NCBI GenBank assembly: GCA_035948415.1
Contig: DASZJD010000036.1
Location: 1,034-65,033, forward strand
Length of the DNA stretch: 64,000 nucleotides
Direction: 5' to 3'
Source: Acidimicrobiia bacterium
GTDB lineage: Bacteria > Actinomycetota > Acidimicrobiia > IMCC26256 > PALSA-555
Below are positions 1 to 8,498 of the stretch, in pieces. The notes under the pieces are model-generated. The model was not told the DNA's origin. It saw only the letters and a list, made by a program, of their open reading frames with translations, and ran no database searches. A program made the translations under genes and the position numbers. The first letter of the stretch is position 1. Each line of letters starts with the position of its first letter.

Positions 1-48
1 ACCGTGCCCGCCTACCGGGCCAAGTTCGGTCGGGAGCTCAGCGCCTAG
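1..48 (+). CDS. 3' end of an unidentified CDS entering from upstream (partial)
   Basis: The frame is open from base 1 (TVPAYRAKFGRELSA*) and ends at TAG 46-48. It is too short to assign. Confidence 0.25.
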   Translation, partial: TVPAYRAKFGRELSA

Positions 49-1078
49 CGCCGCCGCCCCGCGCCACCCGGCCGGCCTCGATCGCCGACTCCTCGACGAG
101 GGTCGCGGCTCGGTCGAACGCCTCGCCGGCCTGCCACACCCGCTCGGTCAGCACCAACAGCTGCGCCGGGCCGCGCACCGACAGCTCCTCGCGAGCCTCG
201 GCCGTCGCCTGTCCGGCGATCACGGCTCGATGGGGCACGCCGAGCTCGGCGGCCCACTCGAGCACGCCGCCGACGACCTTGCCGGCGAAGCTGGTGACGT
301 CGAGCCGTCCCTCGCCGGTCACGACGAGGGTGGCGCCGTCGAGCGCGTCCTCGAGCCCGACCTCGGCCGCGACCACCTCGAAGCCAGGCTCCAGGCGCGC
401 GCCGATCGCGGCCAGCGCGCCGGCCAGGCCGCCGGCGGCGCCGCCGCCCTCCAGCCCGGTGACGTCGACACCGGTCCGCCGCTCGTACTCGAGGGCCAGG
501 CGCTCGAGGCGGCGACGGAGGAGCGCGACCTGCGCCTCGGTCGCGCCCTTCTGGGGGCCGAACGCCGCCGCCGCCTCGAGGAACGGCGTGGTGACGTCGC
601 AGGCGACGGTCACGTCGAGGGCGCCGAGCGACCAACCGAGCGCGTCGAGGGCGCCGAGCCCACCGTCCGTCGTGGCACTGCCCCCGACGCCGACGAGGGC
701 GCGGCGCGCGCCGGCGCGCGCCACCGCGCCGAGCAGCTCACCGGTGCCCCGGGTCGACGCGCGGAGAGGGTCGTTGCGCTCGACGAGCGCGAGCCCGCTC
801 GCGCGCGCCATCTCCACGACCGCGAGTCCGCCAGGGGTCATCCCGTACTCGGCGTCGACCGGGTCGCCGAGCGGGCCGGTGACCCGGACCCGCCGGCGGC
901 CGCCGCCGCCGGCGAGAAGCGCGTCGAGCGTCCCCTCGCCGCCGTCGGCGAGCGGGAGCTGGCGGACTTCGTCGAACCCGGCCGCCTCGAGGCCCCGCGC
1001 GATCGCCGCCGCGGCTTCCGAGGCCGTCAACGTGCTCCGGAACTTGTCAGGACACGCGACTGCGACATCCACGCTCAC
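38..1078 (-). CDS. glycerate kinase family protein
   Basis: It has the PDKFRSTLTA N-terminus and the LADGGEGTLDAL motif typical of GlxK/GarK. The track start is TTG 1093; GTG 1078 or 1072 fit the family N-terminus better, so the start is uncertain. Confidence 0.8.
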   Translation of the reverse strand: MSVDVAVACPDKFRSTLTASEAAAAIARGLEAAGFDEVRQLPLADGGEGTLDALLAGGGGRRRVRVTGPLGDPVDAEYGMTPGGLAVVEMARASGLALVERNDPLRASTRGTGELLGAVARAGARRALVGVGGSATTDGGLGALDALGWSLGALDVTVACDVTTPFLEAAAAFGPQKGATEAQVALLRRRLERLALEYERRTGVDVTGLEGGGAAGGLAGALAAIGARLEPGFEVVAAEVGLEDALDGATLVVTGEGRLDVTSFAGKVVGGVLEWAAELGVPHRAVIAGQATAEAREELSVRGPAQLLVLTERVWQAGEAFDRAATLVEESAIEAGRVARGGGARR

Positions 1079-1092
1079 TAGATTGGCTTGCA

Positions 1093-2343
1093 ATGCTCGA
1101 GCGTGTCCCCCTTCTCGAGAAGGAGCTCGACCACTACGCCGACGTCGTCGGCCCCGAGGTGGTCGCCGAGATCCACCGGGCGGCCGAGCCGCTGCAGGGG
1201 GCCCGGGTCCTGCACATCAGCGCCACCGCCTACGGGGGTGGCGTCGCCGAGCTGCTCGCCACCCACGTTCCGCTGCTGCGGAGCGTGGGCCTCGAATCGG
1301 AGTGGCAGGTGCTCCACGGCAGCGACGAGTTCTTCGCCATCACCAAGCAGGTGCACAACGCGCTGCAGGGCGCCGACATCGACTGGACGCCCCAGATGCA
1401 GCGCGTCTACCTGGAGCGGATCCTCGACAACGCGCTGCTCCTCGAGGACGGCTGGGACTTCGTCGTCGTCCACGACCCCCAGCCGGTGGCGCTGCTCCAC
1501 TTCCTTCGGGCCCACCCCGACCTGTCGGGGGACCGGACCCGATGGGTGTGGCGCTGCCACATCGACCTCACCGCCGCCGACCCAACGGTCTGGGAGTTCT
1601 TCCGGCCCTTCGTCGAGCTTCACGACGCGTCGGTGTGGACACTCGAGGAGTTCGTGCCGGCGTCGCTGAAGATGGAGCGCATCCTCCACCGACCGCCCTG
1701 CATCGACCCGCTGTCGGTGAAGAACCTCGACCTGGCCACCCCGTTCTGCATCGAGCTGACCCGCCAGTACGGGATCGACCCGGCGCGGCCGATCATGTGC
1801 CAGATCAGCCGCTACGACCCGTGGAAGGACCCGGTCGGCGTGATCGAGGCCTTCCGGCTGGTCCGCGAGCAGGTGCCGGACGCGCAGCTGCTCCTCGCCG
1901 GCTCGATGGCGACCGACGACCCCGAGGCGTTCCGAGTCTGGGAGGAGACCGAGCAGGCGCGCGCCGGCGACCGCGACATCTACCTCCTCTCGAACCTGCA
2001 CCAGGTGGGGTCGGTGCAGATCAACGCCTTCCAGCGCATCGCCACCGTCGTGGTCCAGAAGTCGTTGCGAGAGGGGTTCGGCCTCACCGTGAGCGAGGCA
2101 CTGTGGAAGGGCCGGCCTGTGGTCGGCGGCGACGCCGGCGGGATCAAGCTGCAGGTGATGGACGGCTACGACGGCTACCTCGTCCACGGGATCGAGGACT
2201 GCGCCCGGCGCGTCATCGACCTGCTCGCCGACCCGGTGGGCGCCGACGCCCTCGGCTCCCAGGGCCGCGAACACGTGCGGGCCAACTTCCTCGCCACCCG
2301 CGAGCTGCTCGACTGGCTGCAGCTGTTCGGCGACCTGCGGTGA
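1093..2343 (+). CDS. GT4 glycosyltransferase, TreT-like (trehalose glycosyltransferring synthase family)
   Basis: Motifs are HISATAYGGGVAELL ... FFAITKQVHNALQG at the N-terminus and EGFGLTVSEALWKGRPVVGG at the C-terminus. It starts at an ATG and its stop overlaps the otsA GTG. Confidence 0.7.
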   Translation: MLERVPLLEKELDHYADVVGPEVVAEIHRAAEPLQGARVLHISATAYGGGVAELLATHVPLLRSVGLESEWQVLHGSDEFFAITKQVHNALQGADIDWTPQMQRVYLERILDNALLLEDGWDFVVVHDPQPVALLHFLRAHPDLSGDRTRWVWRCHIDLTAADPTVWEFFRPFVELHDASVWTLEEFVPASLKMERILHRPPCIDPLSVKNLDLATPFCIELTRQYGIDPARPIMCQISRYDPWKDPVGVIEAFRLVREQVPDAQLLLAGSMATDDPEAFRVWEETEQARAGDRDIYLLSNLHQVGSVQINAFQRIATVVVQKSLREGFGLTVSEALWKGRPVVGGDAGGIKLQVMDGYDGYLVHGIEDCARRVIDLLADPVGADALGSQGREHVRANFLATRELLDWLQLFGDLR

Positions 2344-3719
2344 CGGTCGTCGTCTCCAACCGCGGACCGTACGAGTTCGCGGAGGACCCGGCGGGGACGT
2401 TCCGCGCCTACCCGGGCGCCGGCGGGCTGGCCAGCTCGCTGCGACCGCTGCTGCTCTCGGGCGTCGCCGGACCGGGCGGCGCGTGGCTGGCGGCCGCGGT
2501 CGGGGACGGCGACCGCGCCGCCGTCCGAGCCGGCGCCGCCGAGGTCGAAGGGATCCGGCTCACGCTCCTCGACCTCGACCCGGCCACCTACCGACTCGCC
2601 TACGACCTGGTGTCGAACGGGACCCTCTGGTTCCTCCACCACGGCCTCTTCGACCTGCCGCGGCGGCCCCGCTTCGACCACCGGTGGCTCGAGGCGTGGG
2701 CCGGCTACGAGACGGTGAACCGGGCCTTCGCCGACGCCGCCAGCGACCTCGCCGACCACGGCGACGTGGTGCTGGTGCAGGACCTGCACCTCACCCTGGT
2801 GCCGGGGCTGCTGCGGGAGCAGCGGCCAGATCTGCGTCTCGTCTACTTCACGCACACTGCGTTCTGCGGGCCGAACTCCATCCGAGTCCTCCCGACCGAG
2901 GCCGCGCGGGCCCTGTGCGCCTCCATGGCCGGCGTGCCGTGCGGGTTCCACGCCGCCCGCTGGGCGCGGGCCTACGAGTCGTCGGCGCGCGAGGTCCTCG
3001 GCGAGGGGGCGCGACTCGCGCCGAGCTTCGTGGCGCCGCTCGGACCGGACCCGGACGCGCTCGCCGCCATGGCCAGCAGCGACCCGGCGCGCGCCGCGCT
3101 CGTGGAGCTCGACACCCTCGTTGGTGACCGTGCCCTGCTGCTGCGCGTCGACCGGATGGACCCGTCGAAGAACGTCCTGCGTGGCTTCCAGGCCTACGAC
3201 CGGCTCCTCGAGACCGAGCCCACGTGGCGCGGGCGAGTGGTGTTCGTCGCCCGCCTCACGGCGTCCCGCGAGTCGCTCGCCGAGTACCAGGCCTACCGCC
3301 AGGAGGTCGAGCTGGCCGCGGCGCGCGTGAACGAGCGGTGGGCCACCCGGGACTGGCAGCCCGTCGTGCTCGACACGGGGGACGACTACCCGCGGACGAT
3401 CGCCGCCATGATCCGATACGACGTGCTGCTCGTGAACTCGGTGAAGGACGGCCTGAACCTGGTGGCGAAGGAGGGACCGCTCGTCAACCAGCGCGACGGC
3501 GTGCTGTGCCTGTCGCCGGACGCGGGGGCTTGGGACGAGCTCGGCCCCGCCGCGCTCGCGGTCCACCCGTTCGACATCGAGCAGGCGGCCGGGGCGCTGC
3601 ACGCGGCGCTGGCGATGCCAGCGGAGGAGCGGGCGCCCCGGGCGGCCCGACTGCGCGAGCTGGCGGGCCGGCGCACACCGATGTCGTGGTTCCAGGAGCA
3701 GCTCACGCGCGCGGCCTGA
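2340..3719 (+). CDS. otsA: alpha,alpha-trehalose-phosphate synthase (GT20)
   Basis: It occupies the C-terminal part of track ORF 279..3719. GTG 2340 gives VTVVVSNRGPYEF; other motifs are VLVQDLHLTLVP and VNSVKDGLNLVAKEG. Confidence 0.85.
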   Translation: MTVVVSNRGPYEFAEDPAGTFRAYPGAGGLASSLRPLLLSGVAGPGGAWLAAAVGDGDRAAVRAGAAEVEGIRLTLLDLDPATYRLAYDLVSNGTLWFLHHGLFDLPRRPRFDHRWLEAWAGYETVNRAFADAASDLADHGDVVLVQDLHLTLVPGLLREQRPDLRLVYFTHTAFCGPNSIRVLPTEAARALCASMAGVPCGFHAARWARAYESSAREVLGEGARLAPSFVAPLGPDPDALAAMASSDPARAALVELDTLVGDRALLLRVDRMDPSKNVLRGFQAYDRLLETEPTWRGRVVFVARLTASRESLAEYQAYRQEVELAAARVNERWATRDWQPVVLDTGDDYPRTIAAMIRYDVLLVNSVKDGLNLVAKEGPLVNQRDGVLCLSPDAGAWDELGPAALAVHPFDIEQAAGALHAALAMPAEERAPRAARLRELAGRRTPMSWFQEQLTRAA

Positions 3720-4491
3720 GCCCGGCCGTCAGCGCGCCGAGCAGCGCCGCCAGCCCCGCGGGCCCGCCCACGACGAGATCGGCCTCCTCGATGAGGCTCG
3801 GCGGGGCCTCGTCGGAGTCGACCGCGACGCGGATGCTGGTGAAGCCGGGGCGCTCGACGGCCCGGCGGGCGAGCGCGTCGAAGGCAGGCAGGTCGCCCGC
3901 GTCGTCGCCCGCGAAGACGCCCACGTGCACCCGCCGCTCGTCGAGCAGCGTCGTCATCGCTCCTCCCTTGTCGACCGGCACCGGCACCCGCAGCTCGGCC
4001 GACCTCCGACCGGCGCCGAGCGACAGGCCGTGCGCGCCCGCCAGCTGTTCGAGCGCGGGCCAGGCGGGCGCGGCCTCGGGTGCGACGCGCCAGTGCACCG
4101 TGAAAGCGACGGTGCCCTTCCGCTCGACGGACAGCCGCGGCCAGCGCCGCTCGGCTTCGCGTGCGGCCGCGACGACGGCGTCGACGAAGGGCGCGGCGCG
4201 CTCGTCGGTTACCGGCTCGCCCCCCACGAGCCGTTCGAGGCCGTAGACGCCGACCAGCTCGACACCGGGGACCGGCACCTGGGCCCGGAGGAAGGTGACG
4301 GGCCGCCCGCTCACCACGGCCACCAGGGCCAGCGGGGCGACGAGGGCGGCGAGGGCCTCGAGGGCGGCCGGCAGCGCGCGGGCGCGCGCCGGGTCGTCGA
4401 CGATCGGGGCGAGGGTGCCGTCGAAGTCGGTCACCACGGCGCTCGAGCCGGGATCGGCGGTGATCGGCGCGAGGGCGTCCGGGATCGTCAC
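3703..4491 (-). CDS. otsB: trehalose-phosphate phosphatase (HAD)
   Basis: It carries HAD motif I (VVTDFDGTLAP). It is convergent with otsA and overlaps its 3' end by 17 nt. Confidence 0.75.
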   Translation of the reverse strand: MTIPDALAPITADPGSSAVVTDFDGTLAPIVDDPARARALPAALEALAALVAPLALVAVVSGRPVTFLRAQVPVPGVELVGVYGLERLVGGEPVTDERAAPFVDAVVAAAREAERRWPRLSVERKGTVAFTVHWRVAPEAAPAWPALEQLAGAHGLSLGAGRRSAELRVPVPVDKGGAMTTLLDERRVHVGVFAGDDAGDLPAFDALARRAVERPGFTSIRVAVDSDEAPPSLIEEADLVVGGPAGLAALLGALTAGLRPRA

Positions 4492-4516
4492 GGCGCCGGC
4501 GCGGCCGGGGACGTCG

Positions 4517-4993
4517 CTACTTGCCGACCGTGACGATGCAGTCGGCCCCGGTCGCGGTCGAGGGCGGCGGGCTCGGGAACGGCTGCACCGTCGCGCCGAC
4601 CACGACGCTCTTGGCGAGGGTGTCGGCCTGGGAGCTCGACCCGGTCTTGCACGCCACCGTCGTGCCGGTCTGGCTCGTCGCCGCGTTCCCCGTGAACAGG
4701 ATCGCGTACCCGAGCCCCCGCAGCTTGTTCGCCATCGCGGTGGCGGCGCCGCTCACCCCCGACGCGTTGAAGACCGCGACCTTGATCTGCTTGCCGCTCG
4801 TCGTGGTCGTCGTGCCGGCGGTCCCACGGGTCGGACCGGTGACGTGGCGGGCGCTGCCCGGCGCGCCGGAGCCGTTCACGACCGCGATGAGCACGATCCC
4901 GACGACGACCGCCACCCCGACCAGGACCGCGCCTCGTGCCGCGGTGCGGAGCAGCCGCGCGCCGAGCGCCGGCGCGTGGGCGACGGCGGTCAT
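4517..4993 (-). CDS. LytR C-terminal domain-containing membrane protein
   Basis: It has an N-terminal TM segment, a Thr-rich linker, and KVAVFNASGVSGAATAMANKLRGLGY, which is typical of the LytR_C domain. Confidence 0.6.
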   Translation of the reverse strand: MTAVAHAPALGARLLRTAARGAVLVGVAVVVGIVLIAVVNGSGAPGSARHVTGPTRGTAGTTTTTSGKQIKVAVFNASGVSGAATAMANKLRGLGYAILFTGNAATSQTGTTVACKTGSSSQADTLAKSVVVGATVQPFPSPPPSTATGADCIVTVGK

Positions 4994-5247
4994 CGGCTGC
5001 CCGGGTCGGCGCGTCGACCGTCGAGGCGACTGCGGCGTCGAACCTCGCGGGAGCGGCGAACGCGTTTCACGGTGAGCGGGTCATACTTGAACGCGGCGGG
5101 CTTCTCGAGGAGCTCGCCGAGCACCCGATAGTAGTGACTCGTGGATAACCCAAGTCGGGCTCGGATCGCCGACTCCTTCGGCCCCGGGAAGCACCACCAC
5201 GAACGCTCGAAGTCGAGGATGGCGCGCTCGGGCGCCGACAGGTCCAT
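4990..5247 (-). CDS. DUF3263 domain-containing protein
   Basis: The internal ATG at 5247 gives MDLSAPERAILDFERSWW...KESAIRARLGLSTSHYYRVL. The track ORF extends to 5352. Confidence 0.6.
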   Translation of the reverse strand: MDLSAPERAILDFERSWWCFPGPKESAIRARLGLSTSHYYRVLGELLEKPAAFKYDPLTVKRVRRSREVRRRSRLDGRRADPGSR

Positions 5248-5348
5248 CGTGCCCGAGTATGGCCGGCTTCCCGTTCGTGGCCGTGGATTTCGGGGCCCAG
5301 CGGGCGCCCGGCGGCGTCGTCTGGACGCTGGGACGACCGGTCTTCCGG

Positions 5349-5630
5349 TCACGGCCCGCCGTGGAACTCCCGGAACGCGACGAGCAGCCGCTCGCGTGCC
5401 TCAGCGCCGAGGGCCTCGACGTCCGTGACCGTCACGCGGCCGGTCAGCGCCATGGTGCGGCGGATCTGCGCGAGGTAGCGCTCGCAACCGTCGCACGCGG
5501 ACAAGTGACGCTCGAAGCGGACGCGCGCGTCGGCGGGCATCGCGCCCTCGAGGTAGTCGGTGACCGCCTCGACGAACTCCTGACAGCGGTAGTCGTCCGC
5601 GCTGCGACGCAGCAACCTGGCCCGGATCAT
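5349..5630 (-). CDS. zinc-binding anti-sigma factor (ZAS family)
   Basis: It has the HLSACDGCERY (HxxxCxxC) motif and overlaps the upstream ECF sigma gene by 4 nt. Confidence 0.8.
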   Translation of the reverse strand: MIRARLLRRSADDYRCQEFVEAVTDYLEGAMPADARVRFERHLSACDGCERYLAQIRRTMALTGRVTVTDVEALGAEARERLLVAFREFHGGP

Positions 5631-6277
5631 CGTGGATCGTCCTCGAAGTAGGTCTCGAGGGCACGGCGCACGGTCGCACGCGCCCGGTGCAGGAGCACCC
5701 GCTGGTTCGTCTCGGAGAGCTCGAGGGCGTTACACGCCTCGGCCGCGGTCCAGCCCTCGAGATCTCGGAGGCTGAGGACGGCCTGCTGGTTCGGCGGCAG
5801 GGTCGCCACGGCCCGCTCGACGGCGTCGAGCGTCTCGGCCGCCAGGAGATGCTCCTCGGGTTCCTCGTCCCATGCCGATGGCGGCGCCGCCCACGCTCCC
5901 GCCCGCCGGCCCCGGCGGCGGAACCGCCCGGGATCGACGGCGGGCTGGTCGGCGTCGAGCTCGTCGCTCAGCGACGCGAACGGGACGCTGCGGCGCTCCC
6001 GAACGCCCGTGCTCCGCGCCCGGTTGGCGAGGATCCGATGCAGCCACGTCTTCACCGCCGACCGCTGCTCGAACCGACCGACCCCCGTGATGACCGCCAT
6101 CCAGGTGTCCTGGACGACCTCCTCGACGGCGGCCGGCGTCGCCACGTACGAGCGCGCCAACCGCCGCAGCGAGGCGTCGTAGCGGTCCAGCAGCCAGCCG
6201 AACGCGGCCTCGTCGCCGCGGCGCAGCGCGTCGACCAGGACCCCATCGTCGGCGAAGTCGGCGGCGACGTCGGCCAT
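5627..6277 (-). CDS. ECF RNA polymerase sigma factor
   Basis: Region 2 is VQDTWMAVITGVGRFEQ...WLHRILANRA. Region 4 is LSLRDLEGWTAAEACNALELSETNQRVLLHRAR. Confidence 0.9.
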   Translation of the reverse strand: MADVAADFADDGVLVDALRRGDEAAFGWLLDRYDASLRRLARSYVATPAAVEEVVQDTWMAVITGVGRFEQRSAVKTWLHRILANRARSTGVRERRSVPFASLSDELDADQPAVDPGRFRRRGRRAGAWAAPPSAWDEEPEEHLLAAETLDAVERAVATLPPNQQAVLSLRDLEGWTAAEACNALELSETNQRVLLHRARATVRRALETYFEDDPR

Positions 6278-6341
6278 TCATCCGCATTCTCGCAGCGCCC
6301 CGCGGTGTAACGGCCGCGCCCTCCGTGGAGACTGGACCGCG

Positions 6342-7550
6342 TTGGCCCGCACGTGCAGGCGAGCGAGAGGAACCGATGGCACTCGGCGTGAGGTGTCCGG
6401 CACCGGCCGGGACGCGGCGCGGACCCGGGACCGGGCCGGGCCGGTGACGGCCGACGCGCCGCGTCCGCCGCGCTGGTCGCCCCGACGGAAGTACGGCGTC
6501 GCGGCGGTGGCGCTCGCAATGCTCGCGGCGGCGGGGGTCGCGGTGGCCAGCCAGTCGAACCCGAGCAGCGTCGCCGGTGGCGTCGACGTCAACCACCTGT
6601 CGGTCGGCCCGGCCCCGCCGAGCCTCGCCGACGCCAAGGGCTGGCTGAACACGGCGCCGCTCACCGCCGCCGACCTGCGGGGCAAGGTCGTCCTCTACGA
6701 CTTCTGGACCTACTCGTGCGTCAACTGCGTCCGCACCCTCCCGCACGTTCGGGCCTGGTTCGACCGCTACCGGCAGGACGGGCTCGTCGTCGTCGGGATC
6801 CACTCCCCCGAGTTCGACTTCGAGAAGGACCACGGCAACGTGACGTCCGCCGTGCAGCGCCTGCACGTCGACTACCCGGTGGCGCTCGACGACAACATGG
6901 ACATCTGGAACGCGTTCGGCACCCAGTACTGGCCCGAGGAGTGGGTCTCGGACCGCCAGGGCCACCTCCGGTACATGGACGTCGGCGAGGGCAACTACCA
7001 GAGCACCGAGGCCGTGCTGCGCAAGCTGCTGGGCGTGCCCGCCCGCGCCCCCCGCGCTGCCCCGCCCGGCGCGGGGAACCTGGGCCAGCCCCCCACGGCG
7101 GCACAGAGCGTCACCGCCGAGACCTACCTCGGCCTCGAGAAGGGGGCGACGGGCGCGCAGCCCGGGCCCGCCACGTACCCGAACGTCGGCACGCTGCCGG
7201 AGGGGACGGCGCGCCTCGTCGGCGCGTGGGACGCCACCGCGCAGCAGGTGCAGGCCGTGGCCCCCGGTGCCGCCGTCGTGCTCGGCTACCGCGCCCGGGC
7301 GGTGAACCTCGTGATGGCGGCCGCGTCGGCGCAGCCGGTGCGGGTGGACGTGCAGCTGGACGGCAAGCCCCTGCCGCCCGCGGAGCGGAGCCCGGCCGTG
7401 CAGGTCGACGCCCAGGGCCGGACCTTCCTGAGGGTCTCGACGCCCGATCTGTACCCGGTGGTGCTCGGCGGGCGCGTCGAGGGCCACACGCTGCGCCTCA
7501 CCGCGGCAGGTTCCGGCGTCCAGGCGTTCGCGTTCACCTTCGGCGCCTGA
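6342..7550 (+). CDS. membrane-anchored thioredoxin-like (redoxin/TlpA-DipZ C-terminal type) protein
   Basis: It has a single TM (YGVAAVALAMLAAAGVAVA), a CxxC site in FWTYSCVNCVRTLP, and an extra C-terminal beta-rich domain as in DipZ. The start is uncertain; an alternative GTG lies at 6444. Confidence 0.75.
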   Translation: MARTCRRARGTDGTRREVSGTGRDAARTRDRAGPVTADAPRPPRWSPRRKYGVAAVALAMLAAAGVAVASQSNPSSVAGGVDVNHLSVGPAPPSLADAKGWLNTAPLTAADLRGKVVLYDFWTYSCVNCVRTLPHVRAWFDRYRQDGLVVVGIHSPEFDFEKDHGNVTSAVQRLHVDYPVALDDNMDIWNAFGTQYWPEEWVSDRQGHLRYMDVGEGNYQSTEAVLRKLLGVPARAPRAAPPGAGNLGQPPTAAQSVTAETYLGLEKGATGAQPGPATYPNVGTLPEGTARLVGAWDATAQQVQAVAPGAAVVLGYRARAVNLVMAAASAQPVRVDVQLDGKPLPPAERSPAVQVDAQGRTFLRVSTPDLYPVVLGGRVEGHTLRLTAAGSGVQAFAFTFGA

Positions 7551-8255
7551 GTGGCCGCCCAGCTGGTCGCGCTGTTCGGCGCCGGGGTGGCGTCGTTCCT
7601 CGCCCCGTGCATCGTGCCGCTGCTGCCCGCGTACCTCGGGATCATCGCCGGCGAGACCGCCGACGCTCGCGACCCGGCCCGGGCCGTGCCCGCCACCGTC
7701 GTGTTCGTGCTCGGCTTCGCGGTCGTGTTTGCGGGGCTCGGCGCCGTCGCGGGCCTGCTCGGGTCGTCGCTGCACGACGTCCAGCAGGCGGTGCAGCGGG
7801 TCGGCGGCGTGGTCGTGGCCGTGATGGGCCTGGCGCTCCTCGGCGTCCTCCGGGGACCCTTCGCACGGGAGCGCCGGCTGGTGCCACGGGTGCCGACCGG
7901 CCGGGGCCCGGCGCGCCCGTTCGTGGTCGGGGTCGCCTTCGGTGCCGCGTGGAGCCCGTGCGTCGGGCCGCTCCTGGCGGCGGCGCTCACCTTGGCCGCC
8001 CGCAGCGGCCAGGTCGGACGGGGCACCCTCCTGCTGCTGGCGTACGCGCTCGGAATCGGTGTGCCGTTCCTCCTCGCGGCATTAGGCCTGGCCTCCTTCC
8101 CGAACCTCGCCGAGCGCCTCCGGCGAGCGGGGCCGGTCCTCGAGCGCGTCGCCGGCGTGCTGCTCGTGATCCTTGGCGTCCTCCTCGCCACCGGGGCCTA
8201 CGGACACCTGACCTCGTACCTGGCGCGCTTCACGCCTGCGGTCGGCGGCCTCTGA
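7551..8255 (+). CDS. ccdA: cytochrome c biogenesis protein CcdA / DsbD-type thiol-disulfide transporter
   Basis: The GTG start abuts the preceding stop. It is polytopic with two conserved Cys: FLAPCIVPLLPAYLG and AAWSPCVGPLL. Confidence 0.85.
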   Translation: MAAQLVALFGAGVASFLAPCIVPLLPAYLGIIAGETADARDPARAVPATVVFVLGFAVVFAGLGAVAGLLGSSLHDVQQAVQRVGGVVVAVMGLALLGVLRGPFARERRLVPRVPTGRGPARPFVVGVAFGAAWSPCVGPLLAAALTLAARSGQVGRGTLLLLAYALGIGVPFLLAALGLASFPNLAERLRRAGPVLERVAGVLLVILGVLLATGAYGHLTSYLARFTPAVGGL

Positions 8256-8498
8256 CCGCTCACGGCGATCACAGACCGCGAGGCGCGCGGCGCGACGGAC
8301 GCGACTCGAGATCGCGGGCGGGCCGAGCTCGCATGTCACCTTGATTCGAGACCGCGGCGTCCGGAACAATGGCGCGCCCCACGCGGAGGTGGTACCGGTG
8401 GCTGGGCGAGGACGGGACCGGCGCTTCGGGGGATCGCTCGTGCCGGCACGAGGTCTCGGGCGCACGCGAGCTAGGAACCGGCGAGCCATGACGAGCCG

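Noticed and set aside
279-2339. Long ORFs overlapping real genes. Examples are the first ~690 codons of 279..3719, plus 5730..7775(-), 17549..19441(+), 23097..25700(+), 28180..30225(-) upstream part, 39088..41898(-) upstream part and 47014..48999(+).
   Set aside because: Their products are Arg/Pro/Gly/Ala-rich and low-complexity. They lie antisense to, or out of frame with, genes that have clear family motifs. This is the typical stop-codon-poor artefact of very GC-rich DNA.
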